64,000 bases of DNA from Asterias rubens. Lineage: Eukaryota. The translations under genes and the position numbers were made by a program. The stretch covers positions 22,630,001-22,694,000 of the forward strand of contig NC_047065.1 in NCBI RefSeq assembly GCF_902459465.1, in the 5' to 3' direction. The number at the start of each line of letters is the position of its first letter. Within the stretch, counting starts at the first letter, position 1. The notes below the pieces were generated by a model. That model was not told the DNA's origin. It made no database searches and saw only the letters and a list, made by a program, of their open reading frames with translations. Below, one piece after another: positions 50,901 through 62,585 of this stretch.

Positions 50901-52104
50901 ATTAATCTTGGACTTAGGACGAGTTAAGCTCCGTAACCATAGGCGTTAGGACGCGTTGAAAGGACGAGTTAAAGACAGTGGACACTATTGGTAATTGTCA
51001 AAGACTTGTCTTCACAGTTGCTGTATCTCAACATATGCATAAAATAACAAACCTGTGAAAATTTGAGCTCAATCGGTCGTCGAAGTTGCGAGATAATAAT
51101 GACAGCAAAACACCCTTGTCACACGAATTTGTGTGCTTTCTGATGCTTGATTTCGAGGTTTTATAATGATAATTATTTTGAGTAAACTAAGTCGAGATAT
51201 AATTAATCAGTAAGTTATCCTTGTGGCTTATAAAGCCCGGTTATGCGATAATTTTTTGACGTCACATATTCGTCACGAATTTGCAAATTCAGTTACCTTG
51301 TGCTGAACTCCTGCGAAAGATAAGTAGCAAAAACAGGCCTGTGACGTCAAAATTCGGAACACGCATTTCGCATTCGCAGGAAGTTTGAACCAGGCTTTAT
51401 TTTGACTTTTTTTTTTTATTGATCTATTTTACTTTGTTTGATTCAACAGGTTCCGATAATTCTACCATTCATCTTTATTCTGTGTGCGTTGTTTGTGGTA
51501 GCGGTCTCGATCTACTCTTCACCAATAGATTGTGGCATAGGAGCTTTGATTACACTGTCTGGGGTACCAGTCTACTTTGTCTTCGCCAGATGGCAGGGAA
51601 AACCCGCATGGTTCACGCGGACATTCGGTAACAATTTTATTTAAAAAAACTCCTTGAAATCCTTACAATATTCAATTTTATTAATAAAATAATTTTAAAA
51701 ACGTTTTAAAAATAGTATACAATTTTGCGAGAAACTGCTCCCTCTGAAGGTAGGGCCTACGTCGTTTTTGAGAAAGGGGTAATTTCCCACTTAAATAAAT
51801 ATTTAAAGACTTCAGACCTGAAGCTTTTGTTAGGCTTCTAAATGCACACAAAAGTTTGCAGCAACGTCGTTTCATAAAACACACACAAAAACAGTATGCA
51901 GGCAGTCAAAACATGATGAGCCTGTAATACTGTGACACACGGAAGTTCGCCGTGGAAAGCGCCCTCATGCTGTCAAAAATACGGCGTCTTATTAATAAGC
52001 TTGCTCTGTTCTTTCTTTTGTTTCCCCCTCTATCTGCAGATTCAATGACGTGTTTCCTGCAAAGATTCCTTATTGTGACCCCAGAAGACAAAAAAATAGA
52101 GTAG
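44927..52104 (+). CDS. SLC7A11-like: SLC7 light chain, xCT/SLC7A11-like, paralog C (493 aa)
   Basis: Exons 44927-45416, 45648-45773, 46098-46200, 46686-46730, 47707-47830, 49034-49137, 50003-50099, 50688-50837, 51450-51627, 52040-52104. All GT-AG, 1482 nt, no internal stop. Confidence 0.93.
46227..46393 (+). mobile_element. Penelope-like terminal fragment starting with a decayed hammerhead (46227-46261)
   Basis: CTGAAGA-C-GACCAGAGTATCTTC-GAAACGTC-GAGA, then the same downstream sequence and agcttcaaacaatactt tail as 20690-20824. The 5' strand of helix I is lost and helix II is shortened. Confidence 0.65.
46826..47146. mobile_element. TTAA-type MITE family K6
   Basis: aggaacattaca / tgtgatgctcct ends. 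Abuts K7. Confidence 0.65.
47150..47632. mobile_element. TTAA-type MITE family K7
   Basis: agggtggctgcagtg / cactgcagcatccct|ttaa. Confidence 0.8.
47858..48239 (+). mobile_element. MITE K1, full copy
   Basis: TIRs and TTAA flanks. Shares TTAA 48240-48243 with the next copy. Confidence 0.9.
48244..48515 (-). mobile_element. K1-related MITE, truncated, abutting the previous copy
   Basis: aggcacttgagactattggtaattactc start; the other end is lost. Confidence 0.75.
48901..49045 (+). repeat. 3 x 48-49-bp tandem repeat that includes the acceptor and first 11 nt of paralog C exon 6
   Basis: ctcagcccctggttgtttattatttgttt(g/t)ctcgagacctatggtgag twice, then ...ttcttatag|acctatggcgag at the real exon start 49034. 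Confidence 0.9.
49561..49913. mobile_element. TTAA-type MITE family K4, full copy
   Basis: ttaa|aggatttggtactttt ... aaaagtacatacacccct-like end|ttaa. Confidence 0.8.
50421..50584. mobile_element. MITE related to 36622-36773
   Basis: gtcgatttcacaaaa / tttgtgaaatcgac TIRs with ttaggact/gttaggacgag internal repeats. Confidence 0.75.
50973..51186 (+). mobile_element. MITE K1, deleted and truncated
   Basis: ttaa|agacagtggacactattggtaattgtc start; jumps from gatttcgagg to the 3' portion. Confidence 0.75.
51234..51396. mobile_element. Short MITE with agcc(c/t)ggtt TIRs
   Basis: aagcccggtt ... aaccaggctt, with paired tgacgtca motifs inside. Confidence 0.55.
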
Positions 52105-53116
52105 CCCGGAAGGAACGACTTTTCTGTTATGAGAATCCTTGTGTAGATTTTGTAAAATAAATTTTAACTCAAAGCACGCAGATTGTATACGCCTGCAACC
52201 GTTGACCTTTCGCTCGGCCCCAGCGGCCAGTCTATCCAGGACCGCTGGGATGGGGTAATCGCTTGCACAGATTCTTGTTCAGGAAGTACGTCATGCGTAC
52301 AGTTCGTAGAAATAAAGGTGCAGTGTGAGTGTGATGCATGATGGGACTGCACATTATTAAACCAATGAATCGACAGTGCATGATACGTTTGCCCATCCCC
52401 AGCGCGCCTTTGGTTAAAGCGAGGCGCTGGGGACGAGCGAACCGTTGACCTTTGTCCTTCTTTTGTTTATACTCTCACTTTTTTTCTTTGCAACAGCTCA
52501 CATTGTTTTATGCACGTTTTTTTTCCAACTGTGGACCTTTCCCGAACCATGGACCCTATTATGTTGTCCTTTGTTGTATAGGTCCCTGGTTTGAATGTGT
52601 ATACCTAATTCATGTGTACATTGTGTTGTCACAGGAAATTTGTCCGCTGGAGATTCTGTAGCCTGAACGTCTGACGTCATTCGTCATACTTCGATGCTCG
52701 TGAATAACACCAGATACCGGGCTCAAAAAATTGCAAAACCGGCGTGTAGTTTGACCTCTGACCTGTGTCGTTTCACAACTACGCAGTCAATTCCATTGCG
52801 GACTTGAGAGCAGTGACTATGTCACTGCACGTGCATTGTATCCAATGGGAATCGCTGGATCTAGGCGGCAGCGACCTGTCTTTGCGGATAGAGACGGGGG
52901 CCCAGTCTAGAGATTCTGTCCCACATGGGAAATGTACATTGTCTGGAAGGATGATTCAAAAGATGGCGCTGTCGGATGTAGCTTGTTCACATCTCGCCAT
53001 TTCAGGGGACAGACACTCCGGGGGGGGGGGGGGGGGGGGGGTTGACAGAGTCTCCTGCCACAGAGGCATTCAGCCCTTTATAGTACCGGAATTATAGATT
53101 GGTGCAATAGTTTTAA

Positions 53117-53490
53117 AGACACTGGACACTATTGGTAGTTGTCAACGACCAGTCTCCTCACTTGTATCTCAATGTATGCATACAATAACAAACCTGTGAA
53201 AATTTGAGCCCAATTGGTAATCGAAGTTGCGAGATAATAATGAAAGAAAAAACACCACTGTCTTACGAAGTTGTGTGCTTTCAGATGCTTGATTTCGAGA
53301 CCTCAAATTCCAACTTGAGGTTTCGAAATCCAATTCGTGGAAAATTACTTCTTTCTCGAAAACTATGTCACTTCACGGGGAGCCGTTTCTCACATTGTTT
53401 TATACTATCAACCTCTGCCCATTACTCATAACCAAGTAAGGTTTTATGCTAATAATTATTTTGAGTAATTACCAATAGTGTCCACTGCCT
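53117..53490 (+). mobile_element. MITE K1, full copy
   Basis: ttaa|agacactggacactattgg ... ccaatagtgtccactgcct|ttaa. Confidence 0.88.
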
Positions 53491-54196
53491 TTAAGGATAA
53501 CTTACAGTGTTGTTAATTATTGAAACATTTTATATTGGGGCAGACATATTTTTGCAAGAGGGGCAATGTTTTGAGAAGGGGTTTTTAAATGTATGAGTTT
53601 TGTTAGTTTGGTATGGGTTTTTGCCCCAATATGTAGCATTGAACAATTGTTCTGTGCACCCCATGACGTATCTTGCAAAGAAACAACCGAACAGTAATAG
53701 CGATCGACAGGTTTTGTTGCAACCTCCACCCCCCCCTTCTCGGTACGTTCTCCACATATGATGATATTGACATGCTTTATCCGTAGGCCTTACGTTAAGA
53801 GGGTTTGTTTTGTTGGTGTTTTTTCGACTATTTGTTTATCTAAAAGTGTTGCTGACATGTTCAGGTATTGCCTGCGTTAAGTTTAGCGAACTTATTTGCT
53901 ATATAGTTGATTAACAATCAATCGTGTAAACATGTGCCAACCAGAATTCACTTGTTCTGCAAACTTTCAATGAAATAAAATACCTCACATGATTGTTCGC
54001 ACTGTTGAATATATTTTGTGTGTAAAATTACAAACATGGCTATCTGTATTTGTTTGGCATTTATGGCTTTCCATAGTTTTCCAAGCGGTTGGCAACAATT
54101 TCGAGTTGTGTGACGTTGCGATAAAAAAAGGTATATTATTTTCATGCTGCTGACTTGTTTGTCATCATCCCTTGGCTATGCAGTTAGTGGATGATA

Positions 54197-54718
54197 ATAT
54201 TCAATGCACCAACAGGGACCAGACTAAATCTAATTCCAGCCTCGGTTTTAGTTACATTGATTTACACAAAAGAAAATCAGAATGACCCACACCATGATAA
54301 TGGTATGTAGACCAATGATACCACGTGCGGTATGTCCCTGTACTGCCACCTTAGTCATGTTCCCTGTATCTAGTAACAGCAATGACTGCCATGGTACAAA
54401 CAGGAACCCGGCTAAATCTCAATTCGGCCTGCCTCGGTTTGGTTGCATTGATTTGAATGAAAGAAAATCAGAACGGCCGCACCGTGATAAAGGTAAGGCC
54501 AATGTATAACCTCTTGGGTGTGTCCCTGCACTGCCATCTTAGTCATGTGTCCACGTATCCAGTCAAACAAAGTAAATGCTAATATTCAATGTACAAACAG
54601 GAACCAGACTAAATCTCATTCCAGCCTCGGTTTTGGTTACATTGATTTGAATGAAAGAAAATCAGAACGGCTGCACCCGTGATAATATATGCCAATGATA
54701 CCACGTGCGGTATGTCAT
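54197..54718. repeat. About 2.7 tandem units of a ~185-195-bp repeat
   Basis: aacagg(g/a)acc...taaatct...gcctcggttt...gaaaatcagaa recurs at about 54205, 54400 and 54595. Confidence 0.85.
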
Positions 54719-55745
54719 GTAGCCCGTTTATTATTGAATCTCAGCCAGAAATTATGGCTGGGGTTAAAATCGTAACAGTGTTCCCGAAACAGTGTAAAGA
54801 CTGTTTAAGTGTCGGCCATCATGTCATTGCGAAATTGGTCATTATGTCATTGCGAGTGTGTTTGAAAAAGCCTGAACCTATTTGTTGACGCGGTTTCGAC
54901 AAGGCCTAACAAGTTTTACATACAATGGAGGGGGTTATCTGTAATCAAACTTTGAACTTTGCTAACTCTTTTGTTTATTGAGGGATAGATGACACCCACA
55001 AACTGAACGGAAACATTAGCGAAGGGCCTTTGTGCATGAGTGTATAAGTTTCACAACAAACATAATCTTGTTGGTGAAATAGCTACGACGAAGTGTTCTG
55101 CTTGTCTGACGATTACGCTTTGAGAATATTGAAGTCATGGGTAAGTAGAACAGCTATTACGAGCTGATGAAGGTTGTCAGTTCAAAAGTTATTATCGTAT
55201 TAGAAGCTGATGAAATTGTAGTGAGGGAATCTAAAGGACGTTTATACTAAATCATGACATAAAATCTAGTTTACACCCAATGGCTTTGGAGTATTTAGGT
55301 CCGTTTAGTGTGGGGGTAATATGGAAGCCTTTTTGCAGTTTGCTACCATACAAGGGTTCCTTGCTCTGTGTTACTATACCCGCCAACATTCTCCGCTGTT
55401 TCAATGAAGACTTTATACAGCGTGCCCAGAGAGCATTCCCTTTTCATTGAACGATATAAACATTGGCAAATTACTGGACTTATTATTTGCATTAAGGACA
55501 TATATAACGATAATGCTCATTTATCTATAACTATGTAAAATTTCATCACCACTTGGTAACTTGGGCCATGTGTTTGAAAACAAATTACAAACACTTTTAC
55601 AGAAGTGTTGAAAAATGGATGCATCCTAACAATCTGAATTATTGCTTCATTTGCCAACTGGGGCTAAAGATGCTGACTGGGGAAAAAGGGGCTATCGACC
55701 ACCCCCCCTTCCCCTACCCCCACCCCCCTCTCCTCAACACCCCCA

Positions 55746-55897
55746 TCTACCTTTTCGCAAATACCGGGGCGCGCGCGTAAAGCTTGGAATTAGGTGCATT
55801 GTGGTCTAGCTGGTATCCAAATTTGATCCATATCTATCCCACAATGCACCTCATTCAATAGTCTGCGCTTGCGCATTGGTATTTGCGATAAGGTCTA
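55746..55897. mobile_element. TAGACC-type MITE (family of 30813-31000)
   Basis: ccttttcgcaaatacc / ggtatttgcgataaggtcta. Confidence 0.65.
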
Positions 55898-56325
55898 TGG
55901 TCACTACAGAGGCTGTTGTGGTGAAAATACCTGACTTGGTTCTTAACGGAGGCAACGAAGGCGATTTCATCCATTCAATTCAATTAAATTCAATTCAATT
56001 TTTATTGGTCCTACCATGGAGGAAATTAATTTTGAATACATGCAATACAGACAAAATTATTAAAGCACAATCATAAATAAACTACTGGAAATACATACTA
56101 TTAATTAATCAGAAAACTACATAATAAACCACAACGGAATCATACTGAAAACAACATGGTCATTGCATTGGTGCCCTTGAAATGCTCCAGTAGAACCTTT
56201 GCCTTAAATGGTGCCCTTTAGTAATATCGAACTTCTGAGAAAGCATCAATCTTCTTCTGACAAAAGAAGCAGCAGGGTGCAAACTTTACATGTTTTTGTA
56301 AACAAATTGTCTTTGATTTACAGAA

Positions 56326-59300
56326 ATGAAAGTGGTTTTGCTCCTTCTTGGGTTAGCAGTCTGCGTGTCAGCCGTGGATGCCAAGAGACGCAGTCCACGG
56401 GATTTGTCAGTGGAGTGGTTGTGGGCGAAAGATGGCACTGCCCCAGAACAGGAAAATGAGGTAGGTGTACAGCCTAGAGCATGTTCGGGTGTGGCGACTA
56501 GACTTTACCAGAAACTGGCCTTCAGAATCGATGTTTCACTTTTCACTTTTGTGGATTCTGTCTGATTTTGATTTGCCTTTTGTTCGACTGATTTTAGGAG
56601 TGAATGTTTTTCCGTTCAGTTAATTTCAAAGGGATTAGGTTAATTCGTGAATAAATGTTTCTAAATTAATTCTATTTTGATTTGCGGTTGAATCAAAGAC
56701 AAATTAACTAGAGCGGGTTTTGAACCAACGACCTCCGGAATAACGTGTTGGTGCTCTTCCAACTGAGCCGTGTGTAGCCCTGGGTTTGTGGTCTTTCTAT
56801 TTTGTCAATATTTTTGTTTGGGGTGCCAGTCGGAAGCCATACAACCGTTAACTGTTGTGTCGCCAGGGATCACAAATTTACCTAGTCAGTTTCCCTTGTG
56901 GATTATGTTTGAATTATATGTTGAATGGAAAATTTACTCTCACTCAATCGGTCGCCCACAGGCGCGGCTGGCTGAATGAAAATTGTTATGAATTGCGATT
57001 CGCCATTATTTGGTCAATTCCCGTTTGAGAGTTGATTCAATTCCAACTATTCATGAAATAAAAGAAAAGAAAAGACACCGCATCACAACAATTATTCTAA
57101 TCTTTTGTTGGGGTGTATGATTTTGTTTTCAGGTGACGGAAAAAGAATTGTTGAGAAATAGGACACCTAAAGCAAGTGAGTAATTTAACGGACTTTGATA
57201 TTGACGTCTTGTTACTGAATNNNNNNNNNNNNNNNNNNNNNNNNNNNNNNNNNNNNNNNNNNNNNNNNNNNNNNNNNNNNNNNNNNNNNNNNNNNNNNNN
57301 NNNNNNNNNNNNNNNNNNNNNNNNNNNNNNNNNNNNNNNNNNNNNNNNNNNNNNNNNNNNNNNNNNNNNNNNNNNNNNNNNNTATTTATTCGAATTTCTT
57401 GGTCTAGCTTGCTCAATTCACGGCATCTGGTACAATCAGCTTGGATCCGAAGTCATCATCAACGCAACCACTCAGACCGGGGTTCTGATTGGGGAATTTC
57501 GCACAGGTGTCGAATCGAAAGAGGGCGCTGCCGGTAAGTGTTTTCAAGTCAATTCAATAATTGGTTGTTATAATCTATCGTCTCTATAGCAGCAGAAAAT
57601 ATAAATTGTTTCTTTTTAGACAACTCAGAAGCTCACTGTAAATAAAACGTATACAATAAACAAAAACTTATCGTGTTTGTGCACAGTAACTTATCGTGTA
57701 AGTACACTTTAAAGGCAGTGGGCACTATTGGTAGTTACGCAAAATAATTATTAGCATAAAACCACACTTGGTAACGATTAATGGGGAGAGAGGTTGATAG
57801 TATAAAACATTGTGAGAAACGGCTCCTTCTGAAGTGACGTAGTTTTCGAGAAAGAAGTAATTTTCCACGAATTTGATTCCGAGACCTCAAGTTTAGAATT
57901 TGAGGTCTCGAAGGCAAGCATCTGAAAGCACACAACTTCGTGTGACAAGGGTGTTTTTACTTTCATAGTTATCTCGCAACTCCGATGACCAATCGAGCTC
58001 AAATTTTCACAGGTTTGTTTTTTAATGCATATGTTGAGATACACCAAGTGAGAAGACTGGATTTTGACAATTACCAATAGTGTCCATTGTCTTTAAAGGC
58101 AGTGGGCACTATTGGTAGTTACGCAAAATAGTTATTAGCATAAAACCTTACTTGGTAACGAGTAATGGGGGAGCTGTTGATAGTATAAAACATTGTGAGA
58201 AACGGCTCCCTCTGAAATAATGTAGTTTTCGAGAAAGAAGTAATTTCAAAGCAGGATTTGAAACTTTGCGTGGTCTAAATATAAAATACGAAATGTAAAG
58301 GTTGGTGGTAACACCATTTAATGACTTTCTCTATAATGAGTTGGGGTGGTTCTGAAAATATCCGTTGGTTTCAATTTAGTTAGTTAGTTAGTAAAACTGT
58401 CAACTAAAATATTTGAATTTGATTTCGAGACCTCAGAACTAGATTTTGAAGGGTATTGTTGTCTTCCATTATTATCTCGCAACTTCGACGACCAATTGAG
58501 TTTAAATTTTCACAGATTGTTATTTGGTTCTGGTCTTTGACAATTATCAAAGATATCCAGTGTCTTTAAAGTTCAAACTTCCCTTGTATGTATCACAATA
58601 AGTTGTTGTACGTTTACACGATAAGTCAAAACGTACACGAATAGGACTTCTAGAATTATCGTGTGCGTACATTTATGCATCGTTTACGAACACGATAAGT
58701 TGGTTGATATAAAGTTATTACTACAAGGCTACTGATGACGTTATCTACCCGTATGAGTGCATGCAGTTGGCTGTCTGTAATTTGCATGAACATTTGTTTA
58801 CCTGTGTGATTAAACCCATTGATGTAGACAAACTGTACAACACCAACCAGATCCCCAAATATAATTATGATAACTATTATTTTTTGGGTTATACCATACA
58901 AGGCGTGTCTTCCTCTAAGCTCGTTGGACACACCTCTATAAGCGCTGAGCATGATACCTTTGGCATGACCGTCATGTGGCAGAATGGTCGCTCAGTCACC
59001 AGCTGGACCGGACAGTGTCATATCTGCAACGGCGAAGAGACCCTAATGACCACGTGGATAATGACGTCAAAGGTGGAGACGTGCGAAGAGAACTGGAAGG
59101 CAAACAGGTAATAGTGGGTGCGTTCGTTTAGCTTCCCTGGGTCGACTTTTCGAACAGTATACTCTGCTCGTCTTCAGGAGAAACTCAGGAGAGTTTTAGT
59201 TTTGGTCTGGTAGATATACTTCATAGCGTGTGCAGTGGTCATGACTTTATTAACAAAGCCACCACCAACTAGATTTTACAAGTAATTTTTGTTTCTTATC

Positions 59301-59435
59301 CACCCTTTCAGAATTGGGCAAGACATCTTTAAAAGGTACGAGGTTCGAGACGGTCCCCGCCGGCAAGAGGACACCCACACCCCGAGAGACGTCACTCGTC
59401 AAAACGAGCAAGACGAAGAACAAAAAGATGTTTAA
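56326..59435 (+). CDS. AVD-like: Secreted avidin-family protein (210 aa)
   Basis: Exons 56326-56460, 57133-57175, 57408-57533, 58903-59107, 59312-59435; phases compatible, 633 nt. Signal peptide MKVVLLLLGLAVCVSAVDA. The avidin domain reads CSIHGIWYNQLGS...GEFRTGV...TFGMTVMW...SVTSWTGQC...TLMTTWIM...WKANRIGQDIF. An acceptor at 56322-56323 implies an upstream non-coding exon. The N gap could hide extra sequence. Confidence 0.9.
57221..57382. other. Assembly gap (162 N) in avidin intron 2
   Basis: Run of N. Confidence 1.
57713..58092 (-). mobile_element. MITE K1, full reverse copy
   Basis: TIRs and TTAA flanks. Shares TTAA 58093-58096 with the next copy. Confidence 0.88.
58097..58565 (-). mobile_element. 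MITE K1, reverse copy interrupted at about 58245-58410
   Basis: aggcagtgggcactattggtagttacgc start; the K1 interior resumes at about 58410; ends cagtgtct|ttaa. Confidence 0.75.
59116..59181 (-). ncRNA. Variant hammerhead motif (59142-59181) fused to one arm of the AAT-family MITE
   Basis: Minus strand TCTC-CTGAAGA-C-GAGCAG-AGTATA-CTGTTC-GAAAAGTC-GA. Helix III has a C-to-A change and helix I is truncated at the MITE junction. Confidence 0.6.
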
Positions 59436-59448
59436 GTTACTTGTATTG

Positions 59449-59666
59449 TAGACATGTTAGATGGTCTGTCGCGATGATAGTAAAGTCGTGCAGGTGGCGT
59501 TATGATTTCGGTTTCCGCGATCGAATACTGATACCCTCGTATCGCGAGATCACTGCCTCTCGTGCGAAGCTGCTGGTTGCTGACTTCTACTCCCCTAAGC
59601 CAGTGTCGCGGGAATTGCGGAACGCTATCACCGCGACAGACATTTAACGACTTGTCCACAAGTCTA
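59449..59666. mobile_element. CpG-rich MITE in the avidin 3' UTR region
   Basis: Homolog of 26123-26388; ends cgcgacagacatttaacgacttgtccacaagtcta. Confidence 0.75.
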
Positions 59667-59859
59667 CTCGTAATGATGTGCTGATCGGATCAAAGACTAC
59701 AGAACATTTTTTTTAAGAAAAGGAAATCGATGAAAACAGCTGTAAAACCCAAAATGGCACAACCATGATTTATATAGGACAATGACGTCAGTTGAATTGG
59801 CTCAAGTTATTTTTGGTTGTTTATTTCATACTACAATACCGATACACTGTATACATATT

Positions 59860-60170
59860 CATGTCTTCGTCCTTCGGATGGGACGTTAAGCCGTTGGTTC
59901 TGTTTGCTCTGTTTGTGTTCTAAGGCACGTAGAACAACCCAGTGCACTTTATCGAAAAGATAAGGGGCTCGCCCCAGTATTCCTGGTTTGATTGGGAAAA
60001 TAGAATTGTGCCACAGCACCTTGTAAACCATGATGCTACGTAAAAGGAGTATGTCTCTTAATTCAAAAACGTATAGTCCCCCCATACCTTGCAGGAAAAA
60101 ACTGTTAAAGCGCCTTGAGTATCACCGAGTGACGGATTTGCACGCTAGAAGCCACTATTATTAAGTGTGC
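59860..60170 (+). mobile_element. SINE-like fragment
   Basis: gtccttcggatgggacgttaagccg...ggcacgtag...ccagtgcact body and an aagcgccttgag...(att)n type 3' end. Confidence 0.45.
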
Positions 60171-61155
60171 ATGATTGCGTACAGCTCAGTTCAAAATTTA
60201 CAGTTTAAATGACAATGCAAACATGTTCGTAGTCATTCAAAATGTTTATTGAAAGTATTAGTTTGTGAACGAAAATGAATGTAATAAAACGAAACTCAAA
60301 CTTAATTGGGATATTCTGCCCCAAGTTATTCTAACTAAATAAGCGTCTTGTACATGACAGTGATCGACGAGGCTCCCGGTGGAAATTTAGGCAACTTACA
60401 GAAAGCTTGGGAAACCAATAGCATTGCATTGCACCCATCCACTTGCAGCACCCCCCCCCCTTCAACCTCTTGCATCCAATGAGCCCGAATAAACGAGAAA
60501 TTATGGTTTTATCTGTTCCCCTTTTGGTGCATTCGTCATTATTTTAAGCAACCAGAAACTAAAGTCTAAACTCAACTAAAGTAAGTGATATATTCAGGAT
60601 GTGTTGCACATTTTGCAGGCGGTATCTCATTGGTTAAGTATAATTTATAAAGCCATCTCCCTCGGATTAACTCTCTCACTGCCCTCCTTATATCATTAAA
60701 GAAAGAAGGTTTGCTTTAAACAATTCGAATGGTAGGGCCAGAAAGGAATCTACGATGGATTATACCCTTCAACCCACCCCCCACCCCTCCCCGAGAGAGT
60801 GCCACTGTGTTTCACTGTTGTTGTTTGCATTTTTATGCATAACTTTACTAATAATAATCTTTTTTTGAATAGGCTTCCGTGTAATCCAATATCATACCTT
60901 CAAACTGCCAAAGTTGAATGGCCATGCTAACCCGTTGGTCATGTGTACAAAGCTATAGAGAAAATGGCTGTATTGGACCATGGTTGGACTTTTTGGTGGT
61001 GTGTTTTAAAATGAAATTATTTCAATGCTATTTTTAGCAAACCTTTAGAGTGTCCGTGGCTGTTCATAAAAAAAATCAATAAAAGTGAAAAAGAGGTTAA
61101 ATCCGAGATTATTAGCAAATATGTATACTTATATATATAATAAATAGGGTAGATG

Positions 61156-61194
61156 GCCTTAGCTTTCGATCCAAACCGGACCTTCTTCAGAGGC
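61156..61194 (-). ncRNA. Minimal type I hammerhead ribozyme, second family (intact motif)
   Basis: Minus strand GCCT-CTGAAGA-A-GGTCC-GGTTT-GGATC-GAA-AGCT-A-AGGC. Helix I GCCT/AGGC, 5-bp helix II, palindromic helix III AGCT, CUA triplet. Confidence 0.8.
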
Positions 61195-61521
61195 ATACAA
61201 CAAGTACAAACAAATACATATCCATTTATAGAAAAAGAGAGGGGGAAAGGAATTATGGGAAGGATCCAGAAAGAAGCGGGAAAATAACAGCCAATCAAAG
61301 TTTCTATTTCAGAAACAATATTGGTGGCTATGAACCAATAGGAGTAAAGTGGCGAGGACAAAGGATGTTTAGTATGAAAGGATGGATTACTGGACCATAT
61401 TTCACCATGTAGAACACAACGGCCTCAGGTTATACCGTCTTGCCTTCTACAAAGGAACCTCAACAATCTCATTTCTGTTAAAACTGTAAACCAGAAGTCA
61501 AAGGCAAGCCGATCCAGCACA

Positions 61522-62430
61522 CTTCCATCGATTGCCCTTTTAAACGCCAGATCACTTGTTAGGAGGACTGATGAATTGTCAACGATCCTGAATATTAATA
61601 AAATAGACATTGCAGCAGTTTCCGAAACTTGGTTTCCAGCTAACATTGACACTAGCCATTTGATTTTGACATCCCTGGCTTTAACTTGTATAGCAGACCA
61701 AGGAAACACAAGAGAGGAGGGGGTGTTGCCCTCTATGTACGGGAGAGTATACAAACAATAAATCTGCAGATCATTAACGTACCGGATGAACTTGAAGTCC
61801 AATGGATTTGGGCGCGACCCCCACGTCTACCAAGAACAGTTTCTGGGCTTTTAGTTGCCGTACTCTATCACCCACCATCATCACCGTACGAAGACTTACT
61901 TATTGAACACCTTGTTACAACACTGGACACGCTTCAAATAAAATACCCATCGTCTGGTATAGCCATCCTTGGTGACTTTAACAATCTCGACACTGATACC
62001 ATCAGTCGGTTTACTGGTTTGGTCCAGGTTGTTTATAACAGTGATAAGCCGTGGATGACTCCTGAGATTAAAACTCTTATTGTTAAACGACAAAGGGCTT
62101 TTAACTGTGGTAAATTAAATCTTTGGAAAATACTTCGTAATAAGATCATTAGACTTATCAAGTTAGCCAGGTCTTCATTTTTCAGCTCTAATGTTTCAAA
62201 GCTTAGAGTTAGTAACCCTAGGCAGTTTTAGCACAAACAAATAAAGAAAATGCGTTGTGTTCTTGATAAACCAAATAATTCTGCTGTGTTGATAGCCACC
62301 GATTTTAGTAAGGCATTTGATAGAGTTGTCCACAATATAGTTATTAATAAATTTATTAACCTTGGGGTCAGAACTTCCTTAATTCCTTGGCTATGTGGAT
62401 TTTTATCAGATCGTCTTCAAAAAATATACT
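61522..62430 (+). mobile_element. Heavily deleted L2/CR1-group LINE ORF2 (APE endonuclease plus RT fragments)
   Basis: LPSIALLNARSL...DEL...IDIAAVSETW, RGGGVALYV, YHPP, ILGDFN, PWMTPEIK, DFSKAFDRVVH...WLCGFLSDR. Frameshifts and large internal deletions. Confidence 0.88.
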
Positions 62431-62585
62431 TACAGTCAGAGTAAACAGAATTCGCAATTTTTTTTAAAAGAAAAACAACAAGAGGATAAAAATAGAGTGA
62501 ACTGTTGATTATTTTTTGTTTACATATTTTTATAACCACCAATAGACAATGCATTATGGGCCTTGGCATGTTACTTATTCCTTAA

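Noticed and set aside
52104-56326. Functional coupling of the avidin gene with the SLC7 cluster
   Set aside because: Adjacency in an animal genome is not evidence of a pathway, and SLC7 light chains are not known biotin carriers.
61425-61802. 125-aa minus-strand ORF
   Set aside because: It is the antisense shadow of the LINE endonuclease fragment.
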